A stretch of 63,090 nt of DNA, counting the filler. It is 5 parts of 5 records of this genome, joined end to end, with 100 filler letters (N's around TTAATTAATTAA, not from the genome) between each part and the next. Parts side by side here need not be neighbours in the genome. Positions count along the whole stretch, not along the records: positions 16,155 to 42,965 come from SRR31156797_10642; 4 more parts are not named here. One strand, written 5' to 3'. The translations under genes were made by a program, and so were the position numbers. The notes under the pieces are model-generated. The model made no database searches and had not been told where the DNA came from. It was given only the letters and a program-made list of their open reading frames with translations. Below, piece by piece: positions 20,457 to 31,685 of the stretch. Position 1 is the stretch's first letter; the number at the start of each line of letters is the position of its first letter.

Positions 20457-21035
20457 ATGAACAATTACAACATAGATAATGAATTAGTTGATCAGATTAT
20501 ACATGGTAATAGCTTAGCGTTCGATAAGTTATTTGAAAAGTATGCACCTAAGTTATACGGTTTTGCTCTACGCTATTTAAAATCAGAAAATGATGCAGAA
20601 GAGTTAGTTCATAACGTATTTGTAAAAATATGGGACAAACGTAAAGAGTTGAAACACGAAAGCTCCATTAAATCATTTCTTTTTACTGTTACTTATAATG
20701 ATATACTCAAACAATTCAGAAAAAGGAACTATCATCGATCATTTGTAAATGAAACCTTAAGTGAAGCAAGCATTAAAGACAATAGCGAAGAGAGAGTAGA
20801 GTATGCTTCAGTGCTTGAATATGTGGATGAGTTAATTGAAAAACTCCCAGAAAAAAGAAAACTCATCTTTATTAAAAGTAGAAAAGAAGGCAAATCAAGT
20901 AAAGAAATCGCCAAAGAACTCAATATGTCTCCGGGTTCTATCGATAACCATATTTCTGAAGCTATTCAGTTTCTAAAATCAAATCTTCATAAAGAATCTC
21001 TGGCTATTGCATTATTTATAGCATTATTTATTTAA
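20457..21035 (+). CDS. ECF sigma-70 factor (Bacteroidota type)
   Basis: AFDKLF...DAEELVHNVFVKIW...LPEKRKLIF...KEIA; upstream of fecR. Confidence 0.92.
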   Translation: MNNYNIDNELVDQIIHGNSLAFDKLFEKYAPKLYGFALRYLKSENDAEELVHNVFVKIWDKRKELKHESSIKSFLFTVTYNDILKQFRKRNYHRSFVNETLSEASIKDNSEERVEYASVLEYVDELIEKLPEKRKLIFIKSRKEGKSSKEIAKELNMSPGSIDNHISEAIQFLKSNLHKESLAIALFIALFI

Positions 21036-21183
21036 TAATTTCTTAGCACAAAATACTGTCATTCTAGCATTTACAATGTCATCTGACTTTTTGTGTAAAA
21101 AAATGTTAAGATTTATTATGAGATTTTAATCTCCCGTGGATATAACTATTAACGTGCAATATTTGCTTGCTTCAATATAAACC

Positions 21184-22230
21184 ATGACAAAAAAAATTAA
21201 TACCGATATAATTGACCAGTATTTAGCTGAAGACAGTAACTCTAATCATACAAGTTATGTTGAAGAATGTATGGCTGAACATGGTGAATCACCTGAATTA
21301 AAAGGCCATGTTCAAAAGGACTGGAACAACTATATGAAATCTGAACATCCGGAGCAAGTCACAACTTTATCGCATGTTTTAAATAAGGTTCATCATACTA
21401 TACGATCCAACGAAACACAAAAACGACAATCATTTTCGCATAGATTCATAAAATGGTACTCGTCTGCTGCTGCCATTTTATTGATTCCACTTCTTATTGC
21501 CGGATCTTTATTTTTATTCGAGAACCTTGGTTTAAATGAAGTTGCTTCTAACGATTCAATAATTACCGTTTCGTGTCCAATGGTTGGAAAAATGGCTTTT
21601 TCACTTCCTGATGGAACAAAAGGAATGTTGAATAGTGGTTCACAGTTGGAGTATCAAATCCCATTTAAAGAACGAAATGTAAAAGTATCAGGAGAAGTTT
21701 ATTTTGATGTTTTTCATGATAAGAGCCATCCTTTTACTGTAGAAAATCAAAATAGTAAAGTTACCGTTTTGGGTACCTCATTTAATCTTAAATCCTACCC
21801 GGAAGAAGAGTTAACGGAAATTGTATTGGTTGAAGGAAAAGTAAGGTGCATTGTACCTGAAAATGGTAAAGAAGTTACTTTGAAACCCAATGATAAAGTT
21901 GTGATCAATTCAAATCTGAAGGTTTCTAAAACCAAAGTGGACGCTCAAAATTATACCGCCTGGAAAGATGGTAAACTCATTTTTAGAGGTGATTCCATGA
22001 AAGAGGCCATAAGTAAATTATCAAGATGGTATAATGTAGAAATTACTGTAGCTGATAAAGAGATGGAACAGTATTCGTTTAGAGGAACTTTTATTGATGA
22101 TACCTTAGACGAGGTATTAAAACTATTAAAACTTACCTCCCCTATTGACTACAAAATTCTGCAAAGACATAAGTTAATTGATGGTAGTTGGTCACAACGT
22201 AAAGTGATCTTATATAAACGAAAAAGTTAG
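21184..22230 (+). CDS. FecR family anti-sigma factor
   Basis: Single TM; LPDGT...LNSGS, GEVYFDV, VLGTSFN, AWKDG. Confidence 0.92.
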   Translation: MTKKINTDIIDQYLAEDSNSNHTSYVEECMAEHGESPELKGHVQKDWNNYMKSEHPEQVTTLSHVLNKVHHTIRSNETQKRQSFSHRFIKWYSSAAAILLIPLLIAGSLFLFENLGLNEVASNDSIITVSCPMVGKMAFSLPDGTKGMLNSGSQLEYQIPFKERNVKVSGEVYFDVFHDKSHPFTVENQNSKVTVLGTSFNLKSYPEEELTEIVLVEGKVRCIVPENGKEVTLKPNDKVVINSNLKVSKTKVDAQNYTAWKDGKLIFRGDSMKEAISKLSRWYNVEITVADKEMEQYSFRGTFIDDTLDEVLKLLKLTSPIDYKILQRHKLIDGSWSQRKVILYKRKS

Positions 22231-22310
22231 AGTACCTTAATATTATTCGACATAAATCTAAATTATTAAAAATGAAGATATATCACATACCTCCATAGTT
22301 ATAATAAAAA

Positions 22311-22336
22311 CAGGGATACGCGCCAACGTATCCCTG
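22311..22336. promoter_or_regulatory. Perfect 10-bp hairpin between fecR and susC; reads as a minus-strand terminator
   Basis: AAAAA-CAGGGATACG-CGCCAA-CGTATCCCTG. Confidence 0.65.
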
Positions 22337-22381
22337 AAAAAATCATTTTTTTTAAAATAACTCTATTAACATTTCAAATTT

Positions 22382-25300
22382 ATGAAAAAATTCAAAGATT
22401 TAAGTGCATGGGATTGCTATGCCTTAAAAAAAACCTTGAAAATCATGAGAATAACGCTATTCTTACTGATGGTTGGTGTACTACAAACCTTTGCTGCATC
22501 AACATATTCGCAACAAGCTAAAGTATCTATCCATCTTCAAAACAGTAGTGTTGAAGAAGTTTTAGTTAACATTGAAAACCAAAGCGAATTCTACTTTTTA
22601 TACAACGAAAAGCTCATTGACGTTGACAGAAGAGTTAGTATCTCGGAAGACAACAAACCAATCGAAAAAGTACTCAGTGTACTTTTTGATGGAACAGATG
22701 TAGAGCATCAGGTTATCGATAGAAAAATTATTCTGGCTCCAGCCAGTTTAAACCAGGTATCGACAGAAGTTCAGCAACAAAATATAAAAATTACAGGAAA
22801 AGTGTCAGATGAATTTGGAGAAGCCATTCCCGGAGTATCTATTCTTGTAAAGGGTACAAATATTGGTACTATTACAGATGTAGAGGGTAGCTACACACTT
22901 TCTGAAATTCCGGTAGATGCAACTTTGGTATTTTCTTTCATCGGTATGGAAACACAAGAGATATTGGTAGGCGACCAAAGTATCATTAATGTAGCCTTAA
23001 AACAAGAATCTTTTGATATGAACGAAGTGGTAGTTGTTGGCTTTAGTACACAAAAGAAAGTGAACTTAACTGGAGCGGTCGGTGCCATTGATGGTGAAAA
23101 ATTAGAATCACGTCCGGTACAGAATGCCTCTCAAATGTTACAAGGTATGGTTCCCGGACTTAACATCTCACAACCCGGCGGTAGTCTTGAAGATAGAGCT
23201 TCCATTAATATTCGTGGTACAGCTACTATTGGTGAAGGTTCTGATGGTTCTCCTTTAGTGTTAATTGATGGAATGGAAGGTGATATGAACGCCATTAACC
23301 CTCAGGATATTGAGAGTATTTCAGTTTTAAAAGATGCCGCAGCTTCTTCCATCTATGGTTCCCGTGCTCCTTTTGGTGTGATCCTAATTACTACAAAAAA
23401 GGGTGTTGAAGGAAAAATGACCGTGAATTATAATAACAATTTCCGCTGGAGTTCACCAATTAATGTTCCAGATATGATGGACTCCTATACCTTTGCTACT
23501 TTCTTTAATGATGCCGTTGTTAATGGCGGGGGATCACCATTTTTCTCGGAAGAAAGACTTCAGGCTATACAGAATTACCAAAATGGATTAACGAAAGACG
23601 AAATAGTTCAAAATCCGGATAATCCACAACTTTGGGCAGGTGGATATGATTATGGCCAGGCAAACAACGATTGGTATGATGTAATTTACCGTGATTATTC
23701 TTTTTCTCAGGAGCACAATATGAGTATTAGCGGAGGTTCTAAAGCTATGCAGTATTTTGCATCTGCCAATTTCCTTGATCAGGATGGATTAATGGAATTT
23801 AATAATGATAAGTTTAAAAGATATACAACTACGGTTAAGGTGAAAGCCAAGCTCACAGACTGGGCTTCTGCAAGTATCAGCAATCGTTTTATCCGTGAAG
23901 ATTTTGGTAGACCATCACAGTTGGGAGATGGACTTTTTCAGGATTTAGCACGCCAAGGATGGCCTGTACTACCTGTTTACGATCCTAATGGCTATTTGTA
24001 CTCTTCTCCTTCTCCAGCATTGGGACTGGCAACCGGGGGTAGGGATAAAAGTCAAAAGGATTGGTTATACCAACAAGGACAGTTGTTACTTACTCCAGCT
24101 AAAGGTTTGGTTATTACAGGAGAATTAAACTATAGGAGCCGTAGTGATTTCCGCCATTGGGATATTCAACAAACTTTTAATCACGATGTTGATGGTTTTC
24201 CTGTTATTTACAATACCGGATCACAGGTACATGAAGAAGGTTATCGTGAAAATTATATGAATACCAATTTATTTTCTGAGTATTCTAAAACGTTAGGTGA
24301 TGGACATAATTTCAAAGTACTTGTAGGTTTCCAGTCAGAAATGACAAAAACACGTTTCCTATCTGCACAAAAAGATGGAATAATAATGCCTTTAAATCCT
24401 TCTATTAATACTACTTCTGGTAATGATTACTCCGGCAAAGCAGTTCCTCCAGTAGTAGCAGGGGATTACAACCATTGGTCAACTCAGGGTTATTTCGGAC
24501 GAATCAACTACAATTTTCAGGAGCGTTACTTATTTGAAGTAAATCTTCGTTATGATGGTACTTCACGATATCGTGAGGACAAACGTTGGAACTGGTTTCC
24601 TTCTGTTTCAGGGGGATGGAATATTGCCCGTGAACCATTCTGGGAATCGATACAACATATTGTTGGAACCATGAAAGTACGTGGTTCATATGGTGAATTA
24701 GGTAATCAGAATACAAAAGAGTGGTATCCAACTTATCAAACCATGCCATTTGATTCAGGAGAAGGTACCTGGTTGGTAAACGGACTACAACCTAACATCA
24801 GTTCGGCTCCCGCTTTGATTAGCCAACTTTTAACCTGGGAGAGAATTAAGAGTTGGAACGTCGGTGTGGATATGTCTTTTCTTAACAATCGTTTAACTGC
24901 TTCGTTCGATTACTTTACACGCTATACCAAAGATATGATGGGGCCTGCCCCAGAACTTCCTGTGATTTTAGGTACAGATGTCCCTAAATTAAACAACACG
25001 GATTTGGAGACCTATGGTTTTGAATTTGACTTAAACTGGAAAGACCGACTTAAAAATGGACTGGGATATAATATCCATATTTTATTATCTGATTCTCAAT
25101 CGGAGATTACCAGATACCCTAACCCAACTGGAACTTTCGATAAATATGTAGCAGGTCGTAAAATGGGTGAAATTTGGGGATATGAAACCATTGGCATAGC
25201 TCAATCTGATGAGCAGATGAATACACACCTCGCTTCATTAGATAATGGCGGTCAGGATGCCTTAGGAAGCAAGTGGGCGGCCGGAGATATTATGTATAAA

Positions 25301-25894
25301 GATTTGAATGGAGACCATAAAATTGACAATGGAGCAAATACAATAAATGACCATGGTGACTTAAAAGTAATTGGAAATAAAACGGCCCGTTTTCCATTTT
25401 CAATTGATTTGAGTGCGGATTATAAAGGTTTTGATGTTCGTGGATTTTTCCAGGGAGTTTTAAAAAGAGATTATTTTATTGATAGCTACTATTTCTGGGG
25501 AGCATATGACTGGGGCATTTGGTGGTCGACCGGCTTAACGCAACACGAAGACTATTTCCGCGCCGATGCCGATCACCCATTAGGTCAGAATCTGAATTCC
25601 TACTATCCTCGTCCTTTGTTCGGAGATGGAAAAAACCAGCAGGCACAAACTAAGTATTTGCAGGATGCTTCATATATACGTTTAAAAAACCTTCAGGTTG
25701 GCTATACTTTACCAACTTCTTTAAGCCAACGATTTGGCGTGCAAAAGTTGAGATTCTATGTGTCTGGCGAAAACCTATGGACGGGTACAAAAATGTCAGG
25801 CATTTTTGATCCAGAAACAATTGACACCAAAGAAACAGGTAACTATTATCCTTTAAACAAAACGATCTCCCTTGGTTTAAGCATTAACTTATAA
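22382..25894 (+). CDS. SusC/RagA TonB-dependent transporter with an N-terminal signalling (STN-like) extension
   Basis: QKKVNLTGAV, DIESISVLKDAAASSIYGSRAPFGVILITTK, RYDGTSR; extra N-terminal domain IENQSEFYFLYN. Confidence 0.95.
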   Translation: MKKFKDLSAWDCYALKKTLKIMRITLFLLMVGVLQTFAASTYSQQAKVSIHLQNSSVEEVLVNIENQSEFYFLYNEKLIDVDRRVSISEDNKPIEKVLSVLFDGTDVEHQVIDRKIILAPASLNQVSTEVQQQNIKITGKVSDEFGEAIPGVSILVKGTNIGTITDVEGSYTLSEIPVDATLVFSFIGMETQEILVGDQSIINVALKQESFDMNEVVVVGFSTQKKVNLTGAVGAIDGEKLESRPVQNASQMLQGMVPGLNISQPGGSLEDRASINIRGTATIGEGSDGSPLVLIDGMEGDMNAINPQDIESISVLKDAAASSIYGSRAPFGVILITTKKGVEGKMTVNYNNNFRWSSPINVPDMMDSYTFATFFNDAVVNGGGSPFFSEERLQAIQNYQNGLTKDEIVQNPDNPQLWAGGYDYGQANNDWYDVIYRDYSFSQEHNMSISGGSKAMQYFASANFLDQDGLMEFNNDKFKRYTTTVKVKAKLTDWASASISNRFIREDFGRPSQLGDGLFQDLARQGWPVLPVYDPNGYLYSSPSPALGLATGGRDKSQKDWLYQQGQLLLTPAKGLVITGELNYRSRSDFRHWDIQQTFNHDVDGFPVIYNTGSQVHEEGYRENYMNTNLFSEYSKTLGDGHNFKVLVGFQSEMTKTRFLSAQKDGIIMPLNPSINTTSGNDYSGKAVPPVVAGDYNHWSTQGYFGRINYNFQERYLFEVNLRYDGTSRYREDKRWNWFPSVSGGWNIAREPFWESIQHIVGTMKVRGSYGELGNQNTKEWYPTYQTMPFDSGEGTWLVNGLQPNISSAPALISQLLTWERIKSWNVGVDMSFLNNRLTASFDYFTRYTKDMMGPAPELPVILGTDVPKLNNTDLETYGFEFDLNWKDRLKNGLGYNIHILLSDSQSEITRYPNPTGTFDKYVAGRKMGEIWGYETIGIAQSDEQMNTHLASLDNGGQDALGSKWAAGDIMYKDLNGDHKIDNGANTINDHGDLKVIGNKTARFPFSIDLSADYKGFDVRGFFQGVLKRDYFIDSYYFWGAYDWGIWWSTGLTQHEDYFRADADHPLGQNLNSYYPRPLFGDGKNQQAQTKYLQDASYIRLKNLQVGYTLPTSLSQRFGVQKLRFYVSGENLWTGTKMSGIFDPETIDTKETGNYYPLNKTISLGLSINL

Positions 25895-25905
25895 ACTGAA
25901 TAGTA

Positions 25906-27897
25906 ATGAAAAAACAATATAATTTAATACTCATTTTATTATTGGGTACGATAACCATTTTCACCTCGTGTGAAGATAACTTTCTGGAACGATCTCCTAT
26001 ATCCAGTATAATTCCAGAGCAATATTTACAGGATGAATCTCAACTTGCTTCATACTCCATTGCTCGTTACAATATATTGCCATCGCATGGCGCATGGTCA
26101 TTTGGAACATTTGGTATAGATACACATACAGACAATATGGCGTCTATCTGGTACGACAATAAGTATGCTCCGGGTCAATGGAAAGTGGGCCAAACCGGTG
26201 GCGACTGGAGTTTTAATAACATTTTTCAATGTAATTACTTTTTGCAAACCGTAATCCCACGATGGGAAAAGGGTTCTATTGCTGGTAGCCTTGAGAATGT
26301 AAACCATTATATTGGTGAGGTATACTTTTTACGAGCCTACGAATATTTTCAAAAAATGCAGGCTTTGGGTGATTTCCCAATTGTTAAAACAGTATTACCC
26401 GATATAATGAACGTATTAACAGATGCCAGTAAACGATCACCTCGTTCCGAAGTAGCGCGTTTTATTGTTTCTGATTTGGATTCAGCAATACTATTAATGA
26501 GAACTTCCTCTCCGGATGGGGCAAATAATAGATTAAATAAAGCCTGTGCTCAACTTTTAAAATCAAGAGTTACTTTATTTGAAGCAACCTGGTTAAAGTA
26601 CTTTAAAAATACAGCCTTTGTGCCAAATGGAACAGGATGGCCTGGTGCAGCAAAAGATTACAATCAAGATTATCAATACCAAGCAGGCGATATCGATGCT
26701 GAAATTGCATGGTTACTGGATGAGTCAATGGAAGCCGCATCTGCTGTTGCTGAAAACTATTCATTGGTAAACAATAATGGTGTCTTGCAGCAATCTGTAA
26801 ACGATGCTAATAATCCATATTTTGATATGTTTAGCGCTGTTGATATGTCGAGTTATGGCGAAGTTTTGTTATGGCGTAAATACGATAAAGGATTGGAAAT
26901 TACGCATAACGTGCCTGTTTATGCACAACGAGGTAATAATGGAGTTGGCTTAACGCGAGGTATGGTTGAAAATTTTCTAATGGCTGATGGTTTACCAATT
27001 TATGCTAGTGCTGATTATGCAGGTGACGAAAGTATTTCAGATGTAAGACAAAACAGAGATGGTCGCCTTTGGTTATTTTTGAAGGAACCAGATCAAATCA
27101 ACGTATTATATGAATCTACAGAAGGAACACATGCAACACCTGTTGAACCCGTACCAACCATTACTAATTCTAACGCAGAACAAGGTTATAGTACTGGTTA
27201 CACTATCCGTAAAGGTCTAAATTACGATGCGGCATTGTGTGCCAATGGAGGAGGTTATTCCGGAGCCATCGTTTTTAGAGCAACAGAAGCCTACCTTAAC
27301 TATATGGAGGCTTGTTATGAAAAAAATGGATCATTGGATTCAAAGGCAAGCACATATTGGGCTGCCATCAGAACCAGAGCAGGTGTTGATGCTGATTATC
27401 AAAAAACAATTACCAATACTGTAATGGCAGAAGAGGCAAAGAACGATTGGGGAGCTTATTCAGCAGGTACATTAATAGATCCAACCTTATATAACATTCG
27501 CAGAGAAAGAAGATGTGAATTAATGGCTGAAGGTTTAAGATGGATGGATTTAAAACGCTGGAGAGCCATGGATCAGATGATCAGCACGCCTTACCACATT
27601 GAAGGATTTAAACTATGGGGAACAATACAGAACTGGTATGATGCAGGTGAACTTACGTATGGTACATCAAGTGCTACGGTATCCGACCCATCTGTTAGTG
27701 ATTATTTAAGACCATATGAAAAAACAGGTAATGAGTTGGTTTACGAGGGATATAAATGGAATATGGCACATTATTTAAGTCCAATTGCTGCGCAGCACTT
27801 TTTAATTACATCTGAGAATAATGATGTTTCCACATCACCGATATACCAAAACCCGGGTTGGAGTACAGAAGCTAATACTGCACCAACAGATCTATAG
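25906..27897 (+). CDS. SusD/RagB lipoprotein
   Basis: Lipobox FTSC; GEVYFLRA, RRERRCELMAEGLRWMDLKRW, QNPGW. Confidence 0.95.
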   Translation: MKKQYNLILILLLGTITIFTSCEDNFLERSPISSIIPEQYLQDESQLASYSIARYNILPSHGAWSFGTFGIDTHTDNMASIWYDNKYAPGQWKVGQTGGDWSFNNIFQCNYFLQTVIPRWEKGSIAGSLENVNHYIGEVYFLRAYEYFQKMQALGDFPIVKTVLPDIMNVLTDASKRSPRSEVARFIVSDLDSAILLMRTSSPDGANNRLNKACAQLLKSRVTLFEATWLKYFKNTAFVPNGTGWPGAAKDYNQDYQYQAGDIDAEIAWLLDESMEAASAVAENYSLVNNNGVLQQSVNDANNPYFDMFSAVDMSSYGEVLLWRKYDKGLEITHNVPVYAQRGNNGVGLTRGMVENFLMADGLPIYASADYAGDESISDVRQNRDGRLWLFLKEPDQINVLYESTEGTHATPVEPVPTITNSNAEQGYSTGYTIRKGLNYDAALCANGGGYSGAIVFRATEAYLNYMEACYEKNGSLDSKASTYWAAIRTRAGVDADYQKTITNTVMAEEAKNDWGAYSAGTLIDPTLYNIRRERRCELMAEGLRWMDLKRWRAMDQMISTPYHIEGFKLWGTIQNWYDAGELTYGTSSATVSDPSVSDYLRPYEKTGNELVYEGYKWNMAHYLSPIAAQHFLITSENNDVSTSPIYQNPGWSTEANTAPTDL

Positions 27898-27923
27898 AGT
27901 CAACTTAGCTTTAAATTAATGAA

Positions 27924-27957
27924 AGCAGCCTGGTTTGTAAATACCAGCCAGGCTGTT
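27924..27957 (+). terminator. Intergenic hairpin after susD
   Basis: AGCAGCCTGG...CCAGGCTGTT inverted repeat. Confidence 0.5.
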
Positions 27958-27972
27958 CTAAAATGAATAGAA

Positions 27973-29469
27973 ATGAAAAAAAATATAATTCAATATTTGA
28001 AACTACTTGTTGTTTCGAGTTTCATAGTAACCTTTATGGGGTGTGAAGATGACAATGAAGTAAATATTGTGAATCCACATGCTGAATTTATATATGAAAT
28101 CAGTACTGTAGATCCATTTGAATACAAATTTACAAGTACAATTACCGATAGAGATTCACTTCGCTGGGAGTTTGGTGATGGTGAGAGTTCAACTAAATCT
28201 CATCCAACACATACATTTCCTGAAGAAGGAGAATATACCATTACACTAACAGCATATGGCGAGGCAGGATCTACTCCTGCTATTATTGATACTGTATTAA
28301 ATGTTGAGCGTCTTGGTCCAACTGCAGAATTTTCAGCATCAGCAAGTACGGATAACCCATTGTCAATCAAATTTAAATCATCTTCTACTTATGCCAGATC
28401 TTTTGCCTGGGATTTCGGAGATGGCAATACTTCTACCGAAGAAAACCCAATTCATATCTATGAAGCTGAAGGGATGTATTCTGTAACTTTAACAGTTACA
28501 GGTATTGAAGGAACTACTCCTGTTTCTGTATCTCAATCTGTATCTGCCGGAGTTTCTCTAACTAAACTTGAAGGTACTATTTTTGGTCATGAAGGTTCGT
28601 GGGACGGTGAAAACGGATTAATTGGAGCTGCTTTTGATGGAGATTTAGGAACATTTGTGGATGCTGCATCAGGTTCTGGAGGATATGTTGGTTATGACTT
28701 AGGAGAAGGTATGGTTGCTAAAGTAAAACTTGTTAAATATGCACCAAGAGAAGGTCAAGAAGGTCGTATTGTAGGTGCAGAAATCAGGGGAACTAACGAC
28801 GTTACTATTTTAACTGATCCTGCTTCTGCCACTTATGAAACTTTATACACTTTTGAAGATACTCCAACAGCAGGGGTACTTTCTGAAGCCGAAATAACAG
28901 GTGCTGATAACTATAGATTTATTTACTACTATTCTGCTCCAGATGGCTATTGTAATGTAGCTGAATTAGAATTTTACGGTGATTACCCTTTTGATGGAGG
29001 TCTAATCGATATGAACAACTGGACAGTACAAGTAGTAACTCCTGGTATTACGGTTAATATTACAGACGAATCTATTAACTTTTCAGGTGGTGCTTCAGAT
29101 TGGCCTGGTTCTCATATTTACCAACAAGTAACTGTTGAAGCTGGCACATATCAATTGACTGGATCACTTACTGTAAATTCTGTTATTAACGAAACATGGT
29201 CTGAACTAATTTTTAGTAGTACTGAACCTCAAGATGGTGTTGATTATGCTCCTGGTATACCTTATCAGGTTGTTTATAGTACATGGAATAGTAGCCCAAC
29301 AGATCCAGGTACCTATGACTTAATTGATTTTAATAAAGGAGGAGAGTATCCTGAAGATGGATTATACACTTATGACGCTCCTGAAACTTTTTATATTGTT
29401 ATTAAAAGTGGAGCGGCTCAACCTTATGATTTAACATGGAATCAACTTGCCTTTAAAAAAGTTGAATAG
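27973..29469 (+). CDS. Surface lipoprotein with two PKD domains plus discoidin/CBM-like domains (putative glycan-binding protein)
   Basis: Lipobox FMGC; WEFGDG and WDFGDG; AAFDGDLGTF...CNVAELEFYG. Confidence 0.8.
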   Translation: MKKNIIQYLKLLVVSSFIVTFMGCEDDNEVNIVNPHAEFIYEISTVDPFEYKFTSTITDRDSLRWEFGDGESSTKSHPTHTFPEEGEYTITLTAYGEAGSTPAIIDTVLNVERLGPTAEFSASASTDNPLSIKFKSSSTYARSFAWDFGDGNTSTEENPIHIYEAEGMYSVTLTVTGIEGTTPVSVSQSVSAGVSLTKLEGTIFGHEGSWDGENGLIGAAFDGDLGTFVDAASGSGGYVGYDLGEGMVAKVKLVKYAPREGQEGRIVGAEIRGTNDVTILTDPASATYETLYTFEDTPTAGVLSEAEITGADNYRFIYYYSAPDGYCNVAELEFYGDYPFDGGLIDMNNWTVQVVTPGITVNITDESINFSGGASDWPGSHIYQQVTVEAGTYQLTGSLTVNSVINETWSELIFSSTEPQDGVDYAPGIPYQVVYSTWNSSPTDPGTYDLIDFNKGGEYPEDGLYTYDAPETFYIVIKSGAAQPYDLTWNQLAFKKVE

Positions 29470-29573
29470 ATAAAAACCCATTTATCAATTATTCTAAGGA
29501 GGATTTTTTTGGTTTAAACGGAGCTATTTTTTTGCTACATTCAAATCCTCTAAAACCAAAAAACAATTATAAA

Positions 29574-30437
29574 ATGAAGAAACTAATGACTTGCTTGGTG
29601 CTGTTAACTTTTATTGGCATACAAGTTAAGAGCCAGTCCGGGAAGGTATTTGATAACCTCTCAATGGAAAGTGAAATTTTAAATGGAACACAAAAATTTT
29701 CCATCTATCTGCCTCCCGATTACGAAAATTCTCAACGAAGTTACCCCGTACTTTATCTACTGCATGGTCTGGGTGATGACCATACCGGATGGGTTCAGTT
29801 TGGTGAAGTATTGCACATAGCTGACAACGCTATTTCAGAGGGTAGGGCAACCCCCATGATTATTGTAATGCCCAATGCTAATAATAAGGTTATTGGCTAT
29901 TTTAACACTATTGATGATACATGGCGCTACGAGGATTTCTTTTTTGAAGAACTGATGCCCTTTGTGGAAAAAAACTATCGTATTAAAAAAGAAAAGCGAT
30001 ACCGTGCCATTTCCGGTTTATCAATGGGTGGTGGTGGAACATTTACTTATGCATTGCACAGACCCGATTTGTTTTCATCGGCATGTCCTTTAAGTGCCTA
30101 TATTGGTCCTCAAAACATGGCTGGCTTAACTAAGTTAAATCATCCGGCAAAATACAAAGCAAGTGAAGAACAAGTGAATGCATTTATCTCCAATTACAAT
30201 ATGCTGCAATTTGTTGAGAAGAAGACAAAAGCGGAATTGGAATCTGTTCGCTGGTATATTGATTGCGGTGACGATGATTTTTTGGCAGAAGGAAACAGCC
30301 TAATGCATATTGCTTTGTTTAAAAAGGGTGTAAATCATGAATACAGAGTAAGAAATGGCGGCCATACCTGGACGTATTGGCGAACAGCCTTACCAGAGGT
30401 TTTGAAATTTGTCAGTGATGGCTTTCATCAGTATTAA
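29574..30437 (+). CDS. Alpha/beta hydrolase esterase (CE1-like)
   Basis: YLPPDY, YPVLYLLHG, GLSMGG, GGHTWTYW. Confidence 0.88.
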   Translation: MKKLMTCLVLLTFIGIQVKSQSGKVFDNLSMESEILNGTQKFSIYLPPDYENSQRSYPVLYLLHGLGDDHTGWVQFGEVLHIADNAISEGRATPMIIVMPNANNKVIGYFNTIDDTWRYEDFFFEELMPFVEKNYRIKKEKRYRAISGLSMGGGGTFTYALHRPDLFSSACPLSAYIGPQNMAGLTKLNHPAKYKASEEQVNAFISNYNMLQFVEKKTKAELESVRWYIDCGDDDFLAEGNSLMHIALFKKGVNHEYRVRNGGHTWTYWRTALPEVLKFVSDGFHQY

Positions 30438-30456
30438 TTAGTTAAAGTATTACACC

Positions 30457-31629
30457 ATGAAGTATTGGATTATTCTATTCTCCGTTGTTTTAATTCTTGG
30501 ATGTCAGATACAATCACAAAAACAAAATAAGCACGTTCCTTTTTCTGTGCTAGATTTGTTTGATCTGAATCAAGCCAAAACACTTGGCCTTTCTTTTGCA
30601 CCACAGGTGGAAACATTTACCGTATTTAAACCTGGTGAAAATGATAATAAATACAATCATGGTGTAGTTCTTTATCCTTTTAAGGGAGTTTTGTATGCAC
30701 AGTGGCAAAGTTCTGCTCAAGATGAAGATGGCAATGACACCCAGGTGTTTTACAGTAAAAGTCTGGATGAAGGAAAAACATGGAGTAAACCTCTACTATT
30801 GTCAGAAGATGCAGATAATTGTATAAAAACCAGCGGTGGCTGGTGGAGTTATCAAGATACTTTGGTGGCGTATATTTGTGCCTGGCCCAAAAATGAACAA
30901 GTAAAACAAGGTTATACTGAATATCGTATTTCTGCAGATGGTACGCATTGGAGTGCATCACAGCCTGTTTTGAATTGTAAAGGGAAAACTGTAAAAGGCA
31001 TTATTGAGCAAGATACGCATGCCTTACCCAATGGGCGTTTGCTTACGGCCTTTCATATGCAACCCGGTTTAAAAGCTACACCTTATTTCACAGATGATCC
31101 CATGGGAACTAAAGGCTGGAAAGCTGGTAAAATGGATCATCTGCCTACTTCAAAAACCATAAGTCGGGAAATTGAACCTGCCTGGTTTTATCGAAGAGAT
31201 AAAGCTTTGGTTATGATATTTCGCGACCAGCATAGTACTTTCAAAAAGCTGGCTTCGGTCAGTTATGATATGGGTGAAAATTGGACTACTCCGGTAATCA
31301 TTGATACGCCTGATTCCAGAGCCAAACAAAGTGCCGGAAACCTGTCGGATGGAACAGCTTTTATGGTCAATAATCCATCCGGGAATAAAACCCGCTTCCC
31401 GCTTGTTATCACGCTAAGTAAAGATGGATTTGTGTTTGACAAAGCCTTTTTAATTCGCAGTGGCGGTGATGATTTACAGGCTTTACGCTACCAAGGTAAA
31501 TACAAGCGAATCGGATATAGCTACCCTAAAAGCATCGTTTGGAAACAATACCTTTATGTGGCTTACGCTACCAATAAAGAAGATGTGGAAATTTCACGCA
31601 TACCAATTAAATATCTGCAATATAAATAA
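30457..31629 (+). CDS. BNR/Asp-box beta-propeller lipoprotein (sialidase-like)
   Basis: Asp-boxes SLDEGKTW, SADGTHW, SYDMGENW, SKDGFVF; YSYP near the C-terminus. Confidence 0.8.
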   Translation: MKYWIILFSVVLILGCQIQSQKQNKHVPFSVLDLFDLNQAKTLGLSFAPQVETFTVFKPGENDNKYNHGVVLYPFKGVLYAQWQSSAQDEDGNDTQVFYSKSLDEGKTWSKPLLLSEDADNCIKTSGGWWSYQDTLVAYICAWPKNEQVKQGYTEYRISADGTHWSASQPVLNCKGKTVKGIIEQDTHALPNGRLLTAFHMQPGLKATPYFTDDPMGTKGWKAGKMDHLPTSKTISREIEPAWFYRRDKALVMIFRDQHSTFKKLASVSYDMGENWTTPVIIDTPDSRAKQSAGNLSDGTAFMVNNPSGNKTRFPLVITLSKDGFVFDKAFLIRSGGDDLQALRYQGKYKRIGYSYPKSIVWKQYLYVAYATNKEDVEISRIPIKYLQYK

Positions 31630-31685
31630 ATCACTCAACTTATATCGAGTCAGTGTGTTATAATTAAAGACTCAAACTTTCTGTG

